A stretch of 15,670 nucleotides of DNA from Thermoplasmata archaeon. GTDB taxonomy: Archaea > Thermoplasmatota > SW-10-69-26 > JACQPN01 > JAJPHT01. Positions 14,974 through 15,670 of the stretch are shown piece after piece; the stretch's first letter is position 1, and the number at the start of each line of letters is the position of its first letter. The position numbers were made by a program, and so were the translations under genes. Location: positions 1-15,670 of the forward strand of contig JAXDQU010000063.1 in the NCBI GenBank assembly GCA_034667685.1. Reading direction: 5' to 3'. The notes beneath the pieces were generated by a model. That model searched no databases, was not told where the DNA came from, and worked only from the letters and a program-made list of their open reading frames with translations.

Positions 14974-15186
14974 ATGCGCGCCCTTCTCCTGAGCCTCGTC
15001 CTCGTGGCGGGCGTCGCGGCCTTCGCGCTCCCCGGCGCGTCGGCCTTCAGCGACTGCACGTCTGTCACGGGCAACTGCGACGGCTGGTTCGTCTGCCTCA
15101 ACGCGCAGCGCGACGCCAACGGCCAGCTCACGTGCGACGTGGGCGTGCAGAACCCGCCCCCGTGCGCGTGCCTGCCGCAGAACTGA
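14974..15186 (+). CDS. Secreted six-cysteine mini-protein P4 (70 aa)
   Basis: MRALLLSLVLVAGVAAFALPGASA | FSDCTSVTGNCDGWFVC...TCDVGV...PPCAC; GAGG upstream. Confidence 0.9.
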   Translation: MRALLLSLVLVAGVAAFALPGASAFSDCTSVTGNCDGWFVCLNAQRDANGQLTCDVGVQNPPPCACLPQN

Positions 15187-15216
15187 ATCTTTCCGCCCGG
15201 CCCGCCATCGGGCTTC

Positions 15217-15609
15217 GTGGACCTTCCGGACGGCCTCGTCCTCCTTCTTCTCGCCCTTCTCGCGATCGGGTGGCTCATCGCGCTCGTCACGCTGCGCAGC
15301 CTGCGCGAGGCGCGCGCCGCGAAGCGCAGCCAGAGCGCGAAGTACGGCAACCTCACGGAGCAGTTCGCGCCGTGGATGGAGGGCTGGCCCTTCGACCCGC
15401 AGGGCTTCCGCTTCCTGGGCAAGCCGGTGGACGGCGTGCAGTTCGAGGCGGACGCCGTGTACCTCGTCGAGATCAAGAGCGCCGGCAGCCGCCTCTCCCC
15501 CGCGCAGCAGGCCGTCCGCGACGCCGTGCGCCGGGGGCGCGTCGGGTGGGTCGAGTTCCGCGTCGACGAAGGGAAAGCGGTGGTCGTGGAGCGCCCGTGG
15601 GAGCGGTGA
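15217..15609 (+). CDS. Membrane-anchored PD-(D/E)xK nuclease related to archaeal Holliday junction resolvase (Endonuc_Holl-like)
   Basis: N-terminal TM helix; G..TEQFAP, FRFLGKPVDGVQF, YLVEIKS, LSPAQ..VRDAV..GRVGW. Confidence 0.85.
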   Translation: MDLPDGLVLLLLALLAIGWLIALVTLRSLREARAAKRSQSAKYGNLTEQFAPWMEGWPFDPQGFRFLGKPVDGVQFEADAVYLVEIKSAGSRLSPAQQAVRDAVRRGRVGWVEFRVDEGKAVVVERPWER

Positions 15610-15626
15610 GGTGCGGCCGACCGGAA

Positions 15627-15658
15627 CACGAAGTCACGAAGCCACGAAGAGCACGAAG
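15627..15658. repeat. Four tandem CACGAAG heptamers (periods 8, 8, 9 nt); probably the left arm of an element cut by the window end
   Basis: CACGAAG at 15627, 15635, 15643 and 15652. Confidence 0.8.
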
Positions 15659-15670
15659 AAACTGAAACTT

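Noticed and set aside
14177-15186. Peptides as RiPP precursors (ranthipeptide, sactipeptide, lanthipeptide)
   Set aside because: The leaders are hydrophobic Sec-type signals with AxA sites, the Cys count is even, and no radical SAM, LanM, YcaO or peptidase-ABC transporter gene is in the window.
14177-15186. Classical inhibitor cystine knot or CS-alpha-beta defensin assignment
   Set aside because: The adjacent CC of ICK and the CxxxC helix of CS-alpha-beta defensins are absent; only partial spacing similarity.
14129-15186. DGR template/variable repeats or a CRISPR array explaining the repeated units
   Set aside because: Differences are not adenine-specific and include indels; no reverse transcriptase or cas gene; no identical repeats with unique spacers.
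5378-15609. dcm plus the PD-(D/E)xK nuclease as a restriction-modification pair
   Set aside because: About 9 kb apart, and the nuclease is a TM-anchored Endonuc_Holl type rather than a typical type II restriction enzyme.

Overview
This is a GC-rich archaeal chromosomal segment. PriS, a GINS15/51 subunit, an Endonuc_Holl-type nuclease and TATA-like promoters support the archaeal assignment. The proteins are Ala/Arg-rich rather than uniformly acidic, so a high-GC Thermoplasmatota lineage is more likely than a haloarchaeon (inference). About 21 real CDS are supported, and most of the long Arg/Pro-rich ORFs in the supplied track are GC shadow frames. The left half carries an HMA-like protein, small hypotheticals, GINS, an FAH hydrolase, an MBL-fold hydrolase with altered catalytic residues, priS with an internal low-GC patch, and an orphan C5 cytosine methyltransferase. 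The middle is a six-gene minus-strand MoxR/DUF58/DUF4129 membrane operon that appears to use non-canonical start codons. The right half carries a CinA-like protein, an LVIVD-repeat lipoprotein, a tandem array of four paralogous secreted six-cysteine mini-proteins (14177-15186), and a membrane-anchored PD-(D/E)xK nuclease. The array is the main candidate for an undescribed system: it shares a C-x6-C-x5-C scaffold, has divergent loops, and is built as two duplicated two-gene units with a conserved upstream element. Four intergenic elements with 8-9 nt periodicity, three of them palindromic, are also present. All assignments come from motif recognition by eye; no searches were run.
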